From sequence record ON000910.1: a stretch of DNA of 64,000 bases, one strand, 5' to 3'. Under the pieces are notes generated by a model. It worked only from the letters and a program-made list of their open reading frames with translations, was not told the DNA's origin and did no database searches. Both the position numbers and the translations under genes were made by a program. How positions within the stretch are numbered: position 1 is the first letter of the stretch; each line of letters starts with the position of its first letter. Positions 35,827 to 45,754 of the stretch are shown in pieces.

Positions 35827-37509
35827 TTATACTTTTAGTACAAATGATTCATGGTCGATAGTAACGTTAGCCGCTGTGCTAGCCAATACTCGAATCTCAC
35901 TCAAGTCATCTAGATTCGCAACGTTAGTGATTGTAACTGGAGTAACTTGGTTTGCACGAAGCGTACGTGTTTTCTCGATTGATGAGCTTGTGCCGTTATC
36001 ATGGTCGAAATCAATTCGAATCGTGATTGTAGTGTTTATCGGTGAAACAACAACCCAGTGAATAGACATCGTTTTGCTCAGTGATAGACCGTTACGTGTC
36101 AATACACCCCCTGCATACGTGTAGCCACTTACATCTGTATCAACGTTGAATAAACTAAACACATCTGTCGGAGTAGTTGTAAGATCAACAGTGCTCGGGG
36201 TATCAGAAGTCAACAATGCATGATCAAGCTGTGATTCGAGTTCTAGAACACGCGCACGTAAGGTGCCCACTTCACTATCACTCTGACCAACTACAGCCAA
36301 TAGACCGTCAACGTCTGCTTGAGCAGAATCAACCAAACCACGGTTTTCTTGAATTGTGTACCATGCAGTAAATTCAACGGGGTTTGTACGCTCACCTAGA
36401 CTAGACTCAAGCTGTGACACTCTGTAAGACACTGTGCCAGTTTCTGCGTCAGTAGCCCCTAAACGACCCCACAAGCTATTAATATCGTCGTTAAACGTCG
36501 ATAGACGAGCTTTCATGCTACCAGAGTACACGTCACCTACTGCGTATGATCCGATATCAGTTGACACTTCAATATATAAGTTAGTAACGGCGCCAATCTG
36601 TGACTGATTATCTGCAATTGTAACTTCATTCGCGCTAACGCGATCAAGTAGACCTGTAGTCGGTGTCTCAACTTCCTGTTGTAATAATGCAATATCTGAT
36701 GCATTGTCTGAAATAGAACTTTCAGCATCATCAAGACGAAGATACACGGGACGAGCAGGGTCGGCATCTGCCGTTTCACCTAGTTCATCACGAATCTGAT
36801 CAACAGAACCAACTTGCGAGTTTTGCTCTAGTTCGTATAAACGACCGTTGATTGAAAGCGGGATTGCGTTCTCGCCGATTTCAGCGTTGATCGTAGCTGT
36901 TTTGTTGTACAGATCTTCAATCTGATATTTCATACCAGTTGGGTTTGTACTAGGCGATGGGTTGCCATTGACATCGTAGTTACGATCATTACCAATACGA
37001 CGCTTGATGAAATATAGGTCTTTACGAACTGTATCGTTGTTTTCAACTTCGTTTGGAATATCTAGGCTGTTACGAACACCAATATCTGCTTCAACATCTT
37101 CGATGCCTTTATGCAGACCTGTTGCAAGTACGTCAACACTACTCGGTACACCGATGTCATCAATGACGTTAGTCATTTGACCTTCAAGTACATCAATATC
37201 AAACTCGTTTTGTGACACACGAGAACCCAAGTTAGCGTCACCGCCACCTGTCAGTTCGTTAACAGTATCAACAAGTTCTTCAATTGCGCTTTGCTGTGCT
37301 TTTGTGTTGTAATGAGAGTTTAGAACGTTTTCTTGAATCTGTACTCCTGCGCGGTTTAATACACCGTCTGAAGTCGTGTCACCAGAAGCACCGTTGATGC
37401 TTTCACCGTTCTTAGCCCAATTGATTCGAGTCTGATCGGGACGTTGAGAAGGATCTGGTTGACCATTTACATATCTAAGCTCTTCAATGATAGGCTTTTG
37501 AATTGTCAT
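35827..37509 (-). CDS. wac: Fibritin (whisker/collar fibre)
   Basis: N-terminal L.YVNGQP..SQ.RINW.KNGE.INGAS...G.LNR..VQIQ.N; segmented coiled coil; start trimmed to 37509; late promoter at 37550-37557. Confidence 0.88.
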   Translation of the reverse strand: MTIQKPIIEELRYVNGQPDPSQRPDQTRINWAKNGESINGASGDTTSDGVLNRAGVQIQENVLNSHYNTKAQQSAIEELVDTVNELTGGGDANLGSRVSQNEFDIDVLEGQMTNVIDDIGVPSSVDVLATGLHKGIEDVEADIGVRNSLDIPNEVENNDTVRKDLYFIKRRIGNDRNYDVNGNPSPSTNPTGMKYQIEDLYNKTATINAEIGENAIPLSINGRLYELEQNSQVGSVDQIRDELGETADADPARPVYLRLDDAESSISDNASDIALLQQEVETPTTGLLDRVSANEVTIADNQSQIGAVTNLYIEVSTDIGSYAVGDVYSGSMKARLSTFNDDINSLWGRLGATDAETGTVSYRVSQLESSLGERTNPVEFTAWYTIQENRGLVDSAQADVDGLLAVVGQSDSEVGTLRARVLELESQLDHALLTSDTPSTVDLTTTPTDVFSLFNVDTDVSGYTYAGGVLTRNGLSLSKTMSIHWVVVSPINTTITIRIDFDHDNGTSSSIEKTRTLRANQVTPVTITNVANLDDLSEIRVLASTAANVTIDHESFVLKV

Positions 37510-37597
37510 TTTTTGTTCCCTTGTATTGTAAATGAACATAGCTTACTACTATTTATAGCAATACAAAGAAACAGAGAGGGAATGTCTTTATGTGTTA

Positions 37598-37627
37598 ATA
37601 ATAGCAAGCATATTCATGGTATTAAAC
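37598..37627 (-). promoter_or_regulatory. Putative promoter GTTTAA-N18-TATTAT downstream of repeat copy 2
   Basis: Minus strand reads CGTGTTTAATACCATGAATATGCTTGCTATTAT. Confidence 0.55.
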
Positions 37628-37639
37628 ACGTATTTAATA

Positions 37640-37732
37640 CTAATCATACTAATACTTCTAATATCACTAAAACCACTAATACTACTAAGATGAGACGGAA
37701 TTTTTCCGCCTCTTGCCATTTCTTCGCTGCGC
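37640..37732 (-). repeat. Hairpin plus 6x TTAG (9-bp period) element, copy 2 (inverted)
   Basis: CTAA at 37640, 37649, 37658, 37667, 37676, 37685; 37649-37714 is the exact reverse complement of 10269-10334. Confidence 0.95.
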
Positions 37733-37738
37733 TAATAC

Positions 37739-37769
37739 AAAAAAAAGGGTGAGAAATCAATCTCACCCG
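37739..37769 (-). terminator. Terminator after the short tail fibre genes
   Basis: Minus strand: GGGTGAGA-loop-TCTCACCC followed by a T run. Confidence 0.82.
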
Positions 37770-37808
37770 TTTATTAGCATTGACTTTCAAGCTATAATAT
37801 GCTTGTCT

Positions 37809-39236
37809 TTATGCAGTTCTTTCCCACATGTAAACAGTATAGTATGGCTGTACGTTATTATGTGGTTGACCACCACCTTCTGGTGATGAGTAATACAAGT
37901 AGTTGTCGTTATCAGTGCGACCTGAACCTGGGTTGCTTCTACCATATTCGTATGCAACTCCAAACCCTAGTCCGTTGCCACCGTAAGTCCAACGATCACC
38001 CCAACCCGCGTGTTTGTGAGTTGGCATTGTTTCTTCAGTTAAGATAACTTCGTATTCACCACCTGTTTGTCTTACGTTGAATGTTCTACCACCATGTGTA
38101 CCTTCAGATACAAGCACGCGACCTTCTGCAATTCTAGACCATGTTCCGCCGAATAGCGTAGCTGGTGATGTAGATTCAAGTGACATGTAAATAGCACCAA
38201 CAGGGTACATATTCAACATAGCTGATGATTCAATCAGACCATTTGTCATTAACTGAGTACCACTTACAGATTGAACATCGTCAATTTTCAATGTACCAGT
38301 TACTGTCCCGCCTGAAACCCCAATCTTTTCATTATTCAACTTATAACCCATTGCAGCACTTAGTGCTTGAGTCGCGTCGTTTGTTGTTAGATTGTTTGCT
38401 AGTTTCGCAACACCGACACGTGAGCTAGTCGCAGTGAATAAATCTAATGTACCGACTGTGACTGCATGGTCATTAGATGTACGCGCATTTGCAACTGTTG
38501 AGTTCGGTAGATAGAAACCTGCCTTTCTCGTAGTTGTCGCTGTGCGTTCATTGAATCGATACGGTGAAATTGCTAGATTGTTTTCTGATGCTGATGTGCT
38601 GTTTACTTCAGTTGCATTTGCTAATCGAATCAACCCTTTCGTCGTTTCTGTAGCATCTGATGCGGTAGTATTCGCCCACACGTCAAGCATTTCCTTAACT
38701 CGCTGTGGGGTCATCGCTACGCTATTAGATAATGTACCAGTCGTCGTTGCTTGTGCATATGTCGCTAGCCGTACAGCACCCGGCGAAGATTCAGTTGCAT
38801 AGAAACGAGTATTCAACGCGTAGTTCAATGTTTTAAGCGTGAATGCATGTTTCTGTGCTTCTTCTACTGCGGCTGTCGGGTCAATGTTATCAATCGTGCT
38901 GTTTGTAATCAGCTTCACAAAACCGTATTGAAGTTCTGTTGCAGTCGCGTGATTTTCCATCCAATAATTTAATGCAGATGGTGTCACCGCGCTTGTGTTA
39001 TTAAGCTCATCTGCGACTGCTGCATTATCACTTAACAATGTAATACCCGCGACAGATGTTGATGCTATAGGGTAATCGGGTAATGGTTGAAGTGCATGAG
39101 CTTGTACAAGCTCAAGACACGTTTGGAGATCGTTATTACCCCCAGTAAGACCATCAAAGGAAGTACCTTCGACTTCAACTGTAACCGTACCCGCATCGTC
39201 AATCACGTGATTGAAAATTTGAGTTCCTTTGCTCAT
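37809..39236 (-). CDS. gp12: Short tail fibre gp12-like, paralogue B
   Basis: ATETTKGLIRLA repeats, collar YPVGAIY...P..LFGGTW, His motif PTHKHAGWG, PHNNVQPYY.VY.W.R. Confidence 0.85.
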   Translation of the reverse strand: MSKGTQIFNHVIDDAGTVTVEVEGTSFDGLTGGNNDLQTCLELVQAHALQPLPDYPIASTSVAGITLLSDNAAVADELNNTSAVTPSALNYWMENHATATELQYGFVKLITNSTIDNIDPTAAVEEAQKHAFTLKTLNYALNTRFYATESSPGAVRLATYAQATTTGTLSNSVAMTPQRVKEMLDVWANTTASDATETTKGLIRLANATEVNSTSASENNLAISPYRFNERTATTTRKAGFYLPNSTVANARTSNDHAVTVGTLDLFTATSSRVGVAKLANNLTTNDATQALSAAMGYKLNNEKIGVSGGTVTGTLKIDDVQSVSGTQLMTNGLIESSAMLNMYPVGAIYMSLESTSPATLFGGTWSRIAEGRVLVSEGTHGGRTFNVRQTGGEYEVILTEETMPTHKHAGWGDRWTYGGNGLGFGVAYEYGRSNPGSGRTDNDNYLYYSSPEGGGQPHNNVQPYYTVYMWERTA

Positions 39237-40771
39237 TTAACTCGTCTCCAAATGTAAACTGGGTAGTATGGCATCATATTCTCATGCGGCTCATTACCAC
39301 CAACTGCTTCGTTGTAATACATGTAATTATCACGATCAGTAGATTTCGAACCGGGATTATTACGCGAACCTGTTATACCGAATCTCCAGTAACTGACAGT
39401 ATTATATTCATCACACGTATATGTTACACCATACGGGCTTCGATGAGTTTCGTAGCGAATACACCCCTCGCGTGAGCCTGTATATGCTTCACCCCAACCT
39501 GCATGTTGGTGTTGTGGTAAATTACTCTCGTATAACTGAACACGGTCGATGTCACTAAACGAACCCGCTGCATAATATCTGCGAGTGAACCCATCATCAC
39601 CGATACCCTGCCCAATCATAGTTCGACCTGCTCTCATCTTATACCATACGCCACCGAAAATCTCATTCGGGTCAACTGATGAAGTACAGTGAAAAATACT
39701 ACCAACAGGGCGCCCTTCAAGACCGATCTTCGCGTCTAATTGATTGTTCGGGAACATTTCCCTCTGCTCTTGAACAGTTGTGTAATATGTTCCGCCATAA
39801 CTGCTCTGCTTTTGACGAGAAATGATGTTTGTGTAAATGTTGTCACATTTCAAAACACCCGTAATTGTCCCACCGTCTGGGCCTAATAGTGTATTCAAAT
39901 CAACGCCAAGTGCAGCACTTGTTGCTTTTGTTGAGTCGTTTACATACGAGCTTGGTAGTTCAAAGAACCCGTGTTTAGTCGGTGTCGCTATTAGATTGTC
40001 GATTGTACCGGGAGTTATAGCATATTCATCTGAATCGCTTGCATTGCGGTCATAGTTGTTCTGTGTTAATTTGAATGCACCACGCTTAGATGTCGTCGCT
40101 TTAACGTAATTAAGACCTTTAACTGTAATTGCAATCGAACCGTCTGATTTATACCCGTCTCGTTCTGCTACAGTACGAAGCACACCCGTGTATGTTTCTG
40201 TCGCTTGAGCCCAAGGGTTTGGTATCTCTGCTTTAATTAAGTTCCACGTTCTAAGTGGAGAAATGAATCGGTCAGGGTTATATGCTAAAGTTTCGCTTAG
40301 ATTTGCAAACTCAGCAAAACCTTGTGATTCGTTTGTTGTGTCATCTGCTAGTGCATTACGAGTCGTCATCATTTCATTTAGACGGCGATATGACAGCAAA
40401 CGACTTGCATCTGATGACGAATATGTTCTTGTCAAATCAGTATTACGCAATTCTTGTAGATTACCTAACTGAGTACTGGTTGCTGGAGACACGAACTGGT
40501 CAACCCCGTCTAGTGACGCTGGTGTGATTACAGTTAATAAGTCGTCAAGTGCATTAGCTTCTGCTTGAGTTGCGTACTCAACAATACCAACCTCAGTCGT
40601 TGTCGCATACGGAAGTGACGGAAGTGGTGCTAATGCGCTATCGTCAAATAGCTCCATTATACTCTGCACATCACCGCCTGACTCAAACGCTGAACCAGGC
40701 GATGTGAAGGGCTGTAGGTAAACATATTGCGCTGCATCACTAGCGTGCGTGAATATGTTTGTTCCTGACAT
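39233..40771 (-). CDS. gp12: Short tail fibre gp12-like, paralogue A
   Basis: N-terminal TH.SD.AQYV, YATTTEVGIV.YAT repeats, collar PVGSIF...P..IFGGVW, PQHQHAGWG, PHENM.PYY.VY.W.R. Confidence 0.8.
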   Translation of the reverse strand: MSGTNIFTHASDAAQYVYLQPFTSPGSAFESGGDVQSIMELFDDSALAPLPSLPYATTTEVGIVEYATQAEANALDDLLTVITPASLDGVDQFVSPATSTQLGNLQELRNTDLTRTYSSSDASRLLSYRRLNEMMTTRNALADDTTNESQGFAEFANLSETLAYNPDRFISPLRTWNLIKAEIPNPWAQATETYTGVLRTVAERDGYKSDGSIAITVKGLNYVKATTSKRGAFKLTQNNYDRNASDSDEYAITPGTIDNLIATPTKHGFFELPSSYVNDSTKATSAALGVDLNTLLGPDGGTITGVLKCDNIYTNIISRQKQSSYGGTYYTTVQEQREMFPNNQLDAKIGLEGRPVGSIFHCTSSVDPNEIFGGVWYKMRAGRTMIGQGIGDDGFTRRYYAAGSFSDIDRVQLYESNLPQHQHAGWGEAYTGSREGCIRYETHRSPYGVTYTCDEYNTVSYWRFGITGSRNNPGSKSTDRDNYMYYNEAVGGNEPHENMMPYYPVYIWRRVK

Positions 40772-41457
40772 TATGCAATCCTTCTGTAATAATACACAGG
40801 GTCTGTGAATGTAGTTGAATCAGTGTGATATAATTCCCACTCGCCGTAACCAAGACTCGTCTGACCGTCTGATGTACCCGTGACAACGCTTTTCGCTTGA
40901 ATCCCAGTTGGTGCCCCTAAAGGGTCTAGAATGTCTGCAAACGTCGCTGTGTACGCTGTATTGTGCGGTCTTGAGCTTCGGTGCTTCAAAAGAAACGTGT
41001 TTGATGGTGGTACATGATCTGTCGGAACCATGTCAAACAGATCTGATTCTAGTAACGCAGTGAACACTTTCTCTGCAATATCGTTATCAGAATCGCCTAC
41101 TTCTAGTTGAACAGGAACACCGTATAGCGTTATGTATTCAACTCCCGATGTACCATTGTAAGTAATCGTTTCATTAAATTGGTTTGTGTTGAATGGGTTC
41201 GAAGCGTCAGTTGAAGCAATGATTGTCCCTACTGGCATAATTGCTGCCATAGCAAGCTGCATAATCGCAGCTTGCACGTTTGGGTCCCACGCACCGTCTT
41301 GAATCTCATCGATTGTCGAATCGCCCAATACCGCACCGCGGAAATTGAAGCGATCACCCGGGAATAATCCCGAGTCGCTAATCGCATCTTGATCGAAAAC
41401 TTTCATGCGTGAGTCATTACTCCACACTTGTGACGCATGTCTTGCTTTAGTCGTCAT
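40771..41457 (-). CDS. gp11: Baseplate wedge subunit gp11
   Basis: STIDEIQ.G..DPNVQAAI...MPVGTII, LYGVPV, GYGEW...YYYRRIA; start trimmed to MTTKA. Confidence 0.85.
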   Translation of the reverse strand: MTTKARHASQVWSNDSRMKVFDQDAISDSGLFPGDRFNFRGAVLGDSTIDEIQDGAWDPNVQAAIMQLAMAAIMPVGTIIASTDASNPFNTNQFNETITYNGTSGVEYITLYGVPVQLEVGDSDNDIAEKVFTALLESDLFDMVPTDHVPPSNTFLLKHRSSRPHNTAYTATFADILDPLGAPTGIQAKSVVTGTSDGQTSLGYGEWELYHTDSTTFTDPVYYYRRIA

Positions 41458-43703
41458 TATGCAGTCCTTATCCAAGTGTATGCAGTGATATATGGCTGAG
41501 TTACGTCAACCGCCTGAGCCACCTGACCATGATTGACCTTGATTGGCTCTTCTTTGTAGTAAGCTAGTGGCGTAGTGTTTTCAGGGTCGCCTAAACAACC
41601 ATTCAAGTTAATGTCACCGCCTGAAGTAGCTGAACGTGCAACTAAACTGTATTGTTCTGTGATGTTGTTAATATCACGTGAAGAATCATTCGCGTAATCT
41701 GGGTTTGTTGTACTGATTAGCTCAGGGATATTCTCTTGAGTAAGAGTCACACCAATCGAACCACCCGTACCACCTGCTTGAACGATATTTTCATTGTTAT
41801 TGTTTCGATGGAACTTACCGTCGTCATTTGGGTTCCAACCCACGACAGTACGCCCTTCTGCATATCGAACCCATGTACCAAAGCCCATATAATCGGCTGG
41901 GTTATTCGGGTTGTTTGCATTTGTGTATACCGAACCAATAGGGAAGATACTTTCAAACAGTGATGTCAGCGTACCGCCCGGTGCAAACGTCTCAGGGTCT
42001 GGCAGAACTTCAGTTACTGCCGCTGATGGGTTTTGCGGGTCGGTGTACATGATCTTGTTTGAGCGTCGTACGTCTGCCCAGTCGTCACGTGAAACGAAAA
42101 TCTCACGGGTTCTTTGTTGCAAGTTATCGTCGCCGTCATCCCACGTAAGCAATGTACCTATCACGTTGTCATACCAACGAACTGTTACAATGTCGCTATC
42201 GATTAACGGGTCAGCGAAAACAATCGTATTCCAACGACCTTCCGAGTCTTGAATATAATCGTAATCATACTCACCGCCTGCTAGACTATCACCATTACCT
42301 GCTGTATTCGACTTGGTTAACTGAGAACCATTGACTAATACTTCTAGTGTTTCGGTGTTAAACTGCGTATAATCAGGAAGACCGAAATCACTCAACGTGA
42401 TTTGCATGTCAGGTACGAAATCTTTACGTACGATTTGTCCCGGTGATTCGTCTACCGCGTAGTTGTTTTGGTCGATTACTTTAATTGATTTTAAAACGTA
42501 GCTACTACGGAAGCTCGACACGTCACTCAAGTATGTAATAAACGCAATTGGGTCAGCGTCATTTGCAGCCAAACGCAAACGAATCGTTCTACCGTCAAGC
42601 GGAGCTAGATCATCGTTTGTCAACTGTCTCCAACGAGAATCAGCCGTTAGATCTGTATATCCCGATGCTGATGTATGTGAAATCAAACATTCAAATGTCT
42701 GAGAGTAACCATTGTGGTCTTGAGTTACGATATCACCAACTGCATATGCAGTACTACCCGCGTGGTCTACATACTCTGGGAAATCTGCGAATTCAGCCCA
42801 TTTAGACTCTTCCCATGCGCCGATGCTGTTGTGTTCTTCTAGACATTGCCAGATGCGGTCATCACGACCTGTAACAGCGTCACCTCGTACTAAATCACCA
42901 ACGTGATATGTTTCTGGGTTGTTTGATACCCATGCTTCAACAGTATGAAGCGGGATTGAACCATAGTCGCTGAAGTCGCTAAGTTCGTCTCCGAAGTATA
43001 ACAAGTTACCACGACGATACACTTCTACCGCAGCTTGGTTGTATAACCCGCCATTTAATTCAAGTGATACGTTGAAATCACGCTGGTCTTGTCGTGCGAT
43101 GATTGCTCGACGTAGAACACTAGGAATGTCACCGAATGTCAAACCGTTTACGTATTTCTGTGCAACATATTCCCAATGACGTGGTGGGGTGAATACAAGC
43201 TCAAGATCTTGATATGCATTCCCGAATTCCGCGCCAGAACCTAAGTCGTTTTGAGTTGAACCTGCGACACGTTTTATCGAGTCTTTAGGGTCTGGGTATA
43301 CTGTTACAAGCTGCTTAGACCATGTACCTTTAACGTCACGCAAACGAATCGCTTTACCGTAGTCTGCTTCTTCAACACCACTCGGTAGATATACATCAAC
43401 TGGACCCAGTGACGTATCGATAGTCCATGATTCACCAAAACTTACGCGCAATTCAGGTCCCTGACCATCGCCGTTCTCGTCGAAATACAGTTCAGCGTTA
43501 GCAGGGTTGTACGATGTATCACCGTTTAGATATGTAGATGCAAATTTCCAATTGCGCCAAGCACCGGCAGCATATAATCTGCTACCGTCGCCTAATTGAC
43601 TGTATATTTCGTCGAAGTTGTCACGGGTCTTAATGCCACCTACTCTTAGGTAATCACCAGTACCGTCATCAACAATTTGTCCGACGTTGATCGTCTGTTT
43701 CAT
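41457..43703 (-). CDS. gp10: Baseplate wedge subunit gp10
   Basis: MKQTINVGQIVDDGTGDYLR.GG.K..DNFDE.Y; IFPIGSVY.NA.NP.NP..YMGFGTW; QPYITAY.W.R. Confidence 0.95.
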   Translation of the reverse strand: MKQTINVGQIVDDGTGDYLRVGGIKTRDNFDEIYSQLGDGSRLYAAGAWRNWKFASTYLNGDTSYNPANAELYFDENGDGQGPELRVSFGESWTIDTSLGPVDVYLPSGVEEADYGKAIRLRDVKGTWSKQLVTVYPDPKDSIKRVAGSTQNDLGSGAEFGNAYQDLELVFTPPRHWEYVAQKYVNGLTFGDIPSVLRRAIIARQDQRDFNVSLELNGGLYNQAAVEVYRRGNLLYFGDELSDFSDYGSIPLHTVEAWVSNNPETYHVGDLVRGDAVTGRDDRIWQCLEEHNSIGAWEESKWAEFADFPEYVDHAGSTAYAVGDIVTQDHNGYSQTFECLISHTSASGYTDLTADSRWRQLTNDDLAPLDGRTIRLRLAANDADPIAFITYLSDVSSFRSSYVLKSIKVIDQNNYAVDESPGQIVRKDFVPDMQITLSDFGLPDYTQFNTETLEVLVNGSQLTKSNTAGNGDSLAGGEYDYDYIQDSEGRWNTIVFADPLIDSDIVTVRWYDNVIGTLLTWDDGDDNLQQRTREIFVSRDDWADVRRSNKIMYTDPQNPSAAVTEVLPDPETFAPGGTLTSLFESIFPIGSVYTNANNPNNPADYMGFGTWVRYAEGRTVVGWNPNDDGKFHRNNNNENIVQAGGTGGSIGVTLTQENIPELISTTNPDYANDSSRDINNITEQYSLVARSATSGGDINLNGCLGDPENTTPLAYYKEEPIKVNHGQVAQAVDVTQPYITAYTWIRTA

Positions 43704-43712
43704 TATTGTCCC

Positions 43713-44669
43713 TTACGATAGTCTGATTGTTTCGATAGATTTGATAGCAATTGAAACATTGTCGTCGTTTGATGTAATATCAAGAACGATGTTGCCAGCG
43801 TCAACTCGCGGTTCAATCAGAATCAAGTTACCAAAATCTTTGTCTGTATTGATTACTGAGTATTCATCAATATAAACGTCTGTTATGTTATTTAGCAGCA
43901 ACAATTCCGATGACATGCGTCGAGTAACAGCACCACCCTGTAGAGGGTCGCTATTCTCTGCATAAACCATCAATTTACATGCTGCATACGATTGAATATC
44001 GAATAGCGGCATTGTAACTGTCACCGTGTCTGGAATTGAGTAAATCGTGTCATTAACTGGCGCACCGAAGTCACCTGCAATTGGGTTGATTTTGACACCC
44101 CACTGCGGTGTTCCTGCTAATCCCGTACCGTCGTCAATAACAGTACATATGATATGACAGCGATTTGTACGAACAATTTGAGTTCCGTTAAGTTCAGGTG
44201 CACCTACAATAGCATCGCCAGATGATGGTGCTAATACAATCGGGTTTGTATCTAATGTTGCAGTTGTGTTCTGAAACTCGATTCGCTCACCACGTTTTGC
44301 CATCCCTGCTGTCGTGCCAATCTTCGGTAAATTCAACGTCATCGATGCACCGCCGCCTAATGATGACGTGTCGATGTCATATTTACCACCTGTTACGATT
44401 GATGTCAGTAAGTTTGTATTGTTCGGACCACCCGAACCGCCCGCAGTAGAACTCGGTGGAATTCTCTGCCAATAACCACCTGCATGAGGTCTAGGTGCGA
44501 TGTCATTATATGCAGGGATATAGTTTTCACCTGCATCGGTTAGCTCAAAGTCTGCATTAATATGGTAAAACTCATCTGAGTTATCACGCAGCTTATTACC
44601 ACCATTGTGAATTGTATCACCAGTACCGACCGAACCCGCCGTACCAGTTTCTAATCTATTACGTCCCAT
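43713..44669 (-). CDS. gp9: Baseplate tail-fibre connector gp9
   Basis: LETG..GSVGTGDT...GGNK, PHAGGYWQ, IDEYSVI; start at ATG 44669 after GGAG. Confidence 0.9.
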   Translation of the reverse strand: MGRNRLETGTAGSVGTGDTIHNGGNKLRDNSDEFYHINADFELTDAGENYIPAYNDIAPRPHAGGYWQRIPPSSTAGGSGGPNNTNLLTSIVTGGKYDIDTSSLGGGASMTLNLPKIGTTAGMAKRGERIEFQNTTATLDTNPIVLAPSSGDAIVGAPELNGTQIVRTNRCHIICTVIDDGTGLAGTPQWGVKINPIAGDFGAPVNDTIYSIPDTVTVTMPLFDIQSYAACKLMVYAENSDPLQGGAVTRRMSSELLLLNNITDVYIDEYSVINTDKDFGNLILIEPRVDAGNIVLDITSNDDNVSIAIKSIETIRLS

Positions 44670-44722
44670 TTCTTTCTCCAAGAAAGGCGCATATGCGCCT
44701 TATGAGTTATTTACTGTATTTA

Positions 44723-45754
44723 TTAGAAGTTGTAGATCAGATTGAATTCTTCTACCTGGTCTAATGTTTTACGAATCGGCTGACGATTTTCCATGTAGAT
44801 GATTTGACCTGTTCCTGCTTGTATCTCATGCGGGTCGTATCTAACTTCAGTCGCTTTCGTGTCTTCGGTATCACCTTCTTGACGAATCAATAATGGGTTC
44901 TGAACAAGTGAAATCTGACGATACCCGTTATTCCCGGGACCGAATAAGTGAATAAAGTCAGAGCCTGCTAATTTAGCTCGGAATCGTAACTGAACTGCAC
45001 CTACGTTGAAAATAGTTTCGTCGTAGTTCTCGTTGAATACGATATTCTGATCAAGACCCCACGCAACTCGATTTTCGATGATGTCGTTAGGGAACGGACA
45101 AACGATGTATTCTTTTGTCACGTTCGTTAAGACTTCATTCGGCGGGATAGTGTATAGATATTCCCATACGTAACCGTCACCTGTTTCAATCGCATTCCCT
45201 GTACCATGAGGGATATTCTCTTGGTTACCGGGTGATGACGGTGCATTCCATTCACCCCCAACTGCTACACAATCATTTTTATTTGTGACTGTTGATATTG
45301 AACATGTACCACGAATGTTTGTGTTATTCGGGTCAGTCTCTGGAATATCGACACATCGATAAACCATATAGCCGTTCAATGCGCTCGGGTGACTGTTGAT
45401 TGACATCGTATTAACTGTCACGATATCGCCAAATGTGAAACGAAGTGAATCGTTTAGGTCAGGGTCGCCCCAGTCCTTGCGAGGAAGAACAGGGCGAAGC
45501 TGTGATTTCGGAATCTTAATCAGACCTAGCGCACGCGCCCAAACGTCTGCTTTCCCATCTGGGCTATCGTTTGGGTAAGGTGGCGCGAAGTTTATTTCAT
45601 CTTCGCGGTCTGACCAAGGCTCGTTACGACCGAACATAAGGTAAATTGTGTTCTTGTCGTCGTCATCACCTACGTTTTCGTAGAAGTTCATCAAGTTATT
45701 AACTCGATATTCTGTTGTGATTGTTGATCTGTAAATTTTTGCCACTTTATTCAC
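44723..45754 (-). CDS. gp8: Baseplate wedge subunit gp8
   Basis: IYRSTIT..YR.NNL.NFY..VGD, VIPRKDWGD-like, MVYRC.D.P, GDGYVWEYLYTIPP, YMENRQPI. Confidence 0.95.
   Translation of the reverse strand: MNKVAKIYRSTITTEYRVNNLMNFYENVGDDDDKNTIYLMFGRNEPWSDREDEINFAPPYPNDSPDGKADVWARALGLIKIPKSQLRPVLPRKDWGDPDLNDSLRFTFGDIVTVNTMSINSHPSALNGYMVYRCVDIPETDPNNTNIRGTCSISTVTNKNDCVAVGGEWNAPSSPGNQENIPHGTGNAIETGDGYVWEYLYTIPPNEVLTNVTKEYIVCPFPNDIIENRVAWGLDQNIVFNENYDETIFNVGAVQLRFRAKLAGSDFIHLFGPGNNGYRQISLVQNPLLIRQEGDTEDTKATEVRYDPHEIQAGTGQIIYMENRQPIRKTLDQVEEFNLIYNF

Noticed and set aside
37444-37752. 102-aa + strand ORF across repeat copy 2
   Set aside because: Antisense reading of the repeat, promoters and wac start; no RBS and not conserved across copies.
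37780-37798. TTGACT...TATAAT looks like a sigma70 promoter
   Set aside because: The spacer is only 7 bp.
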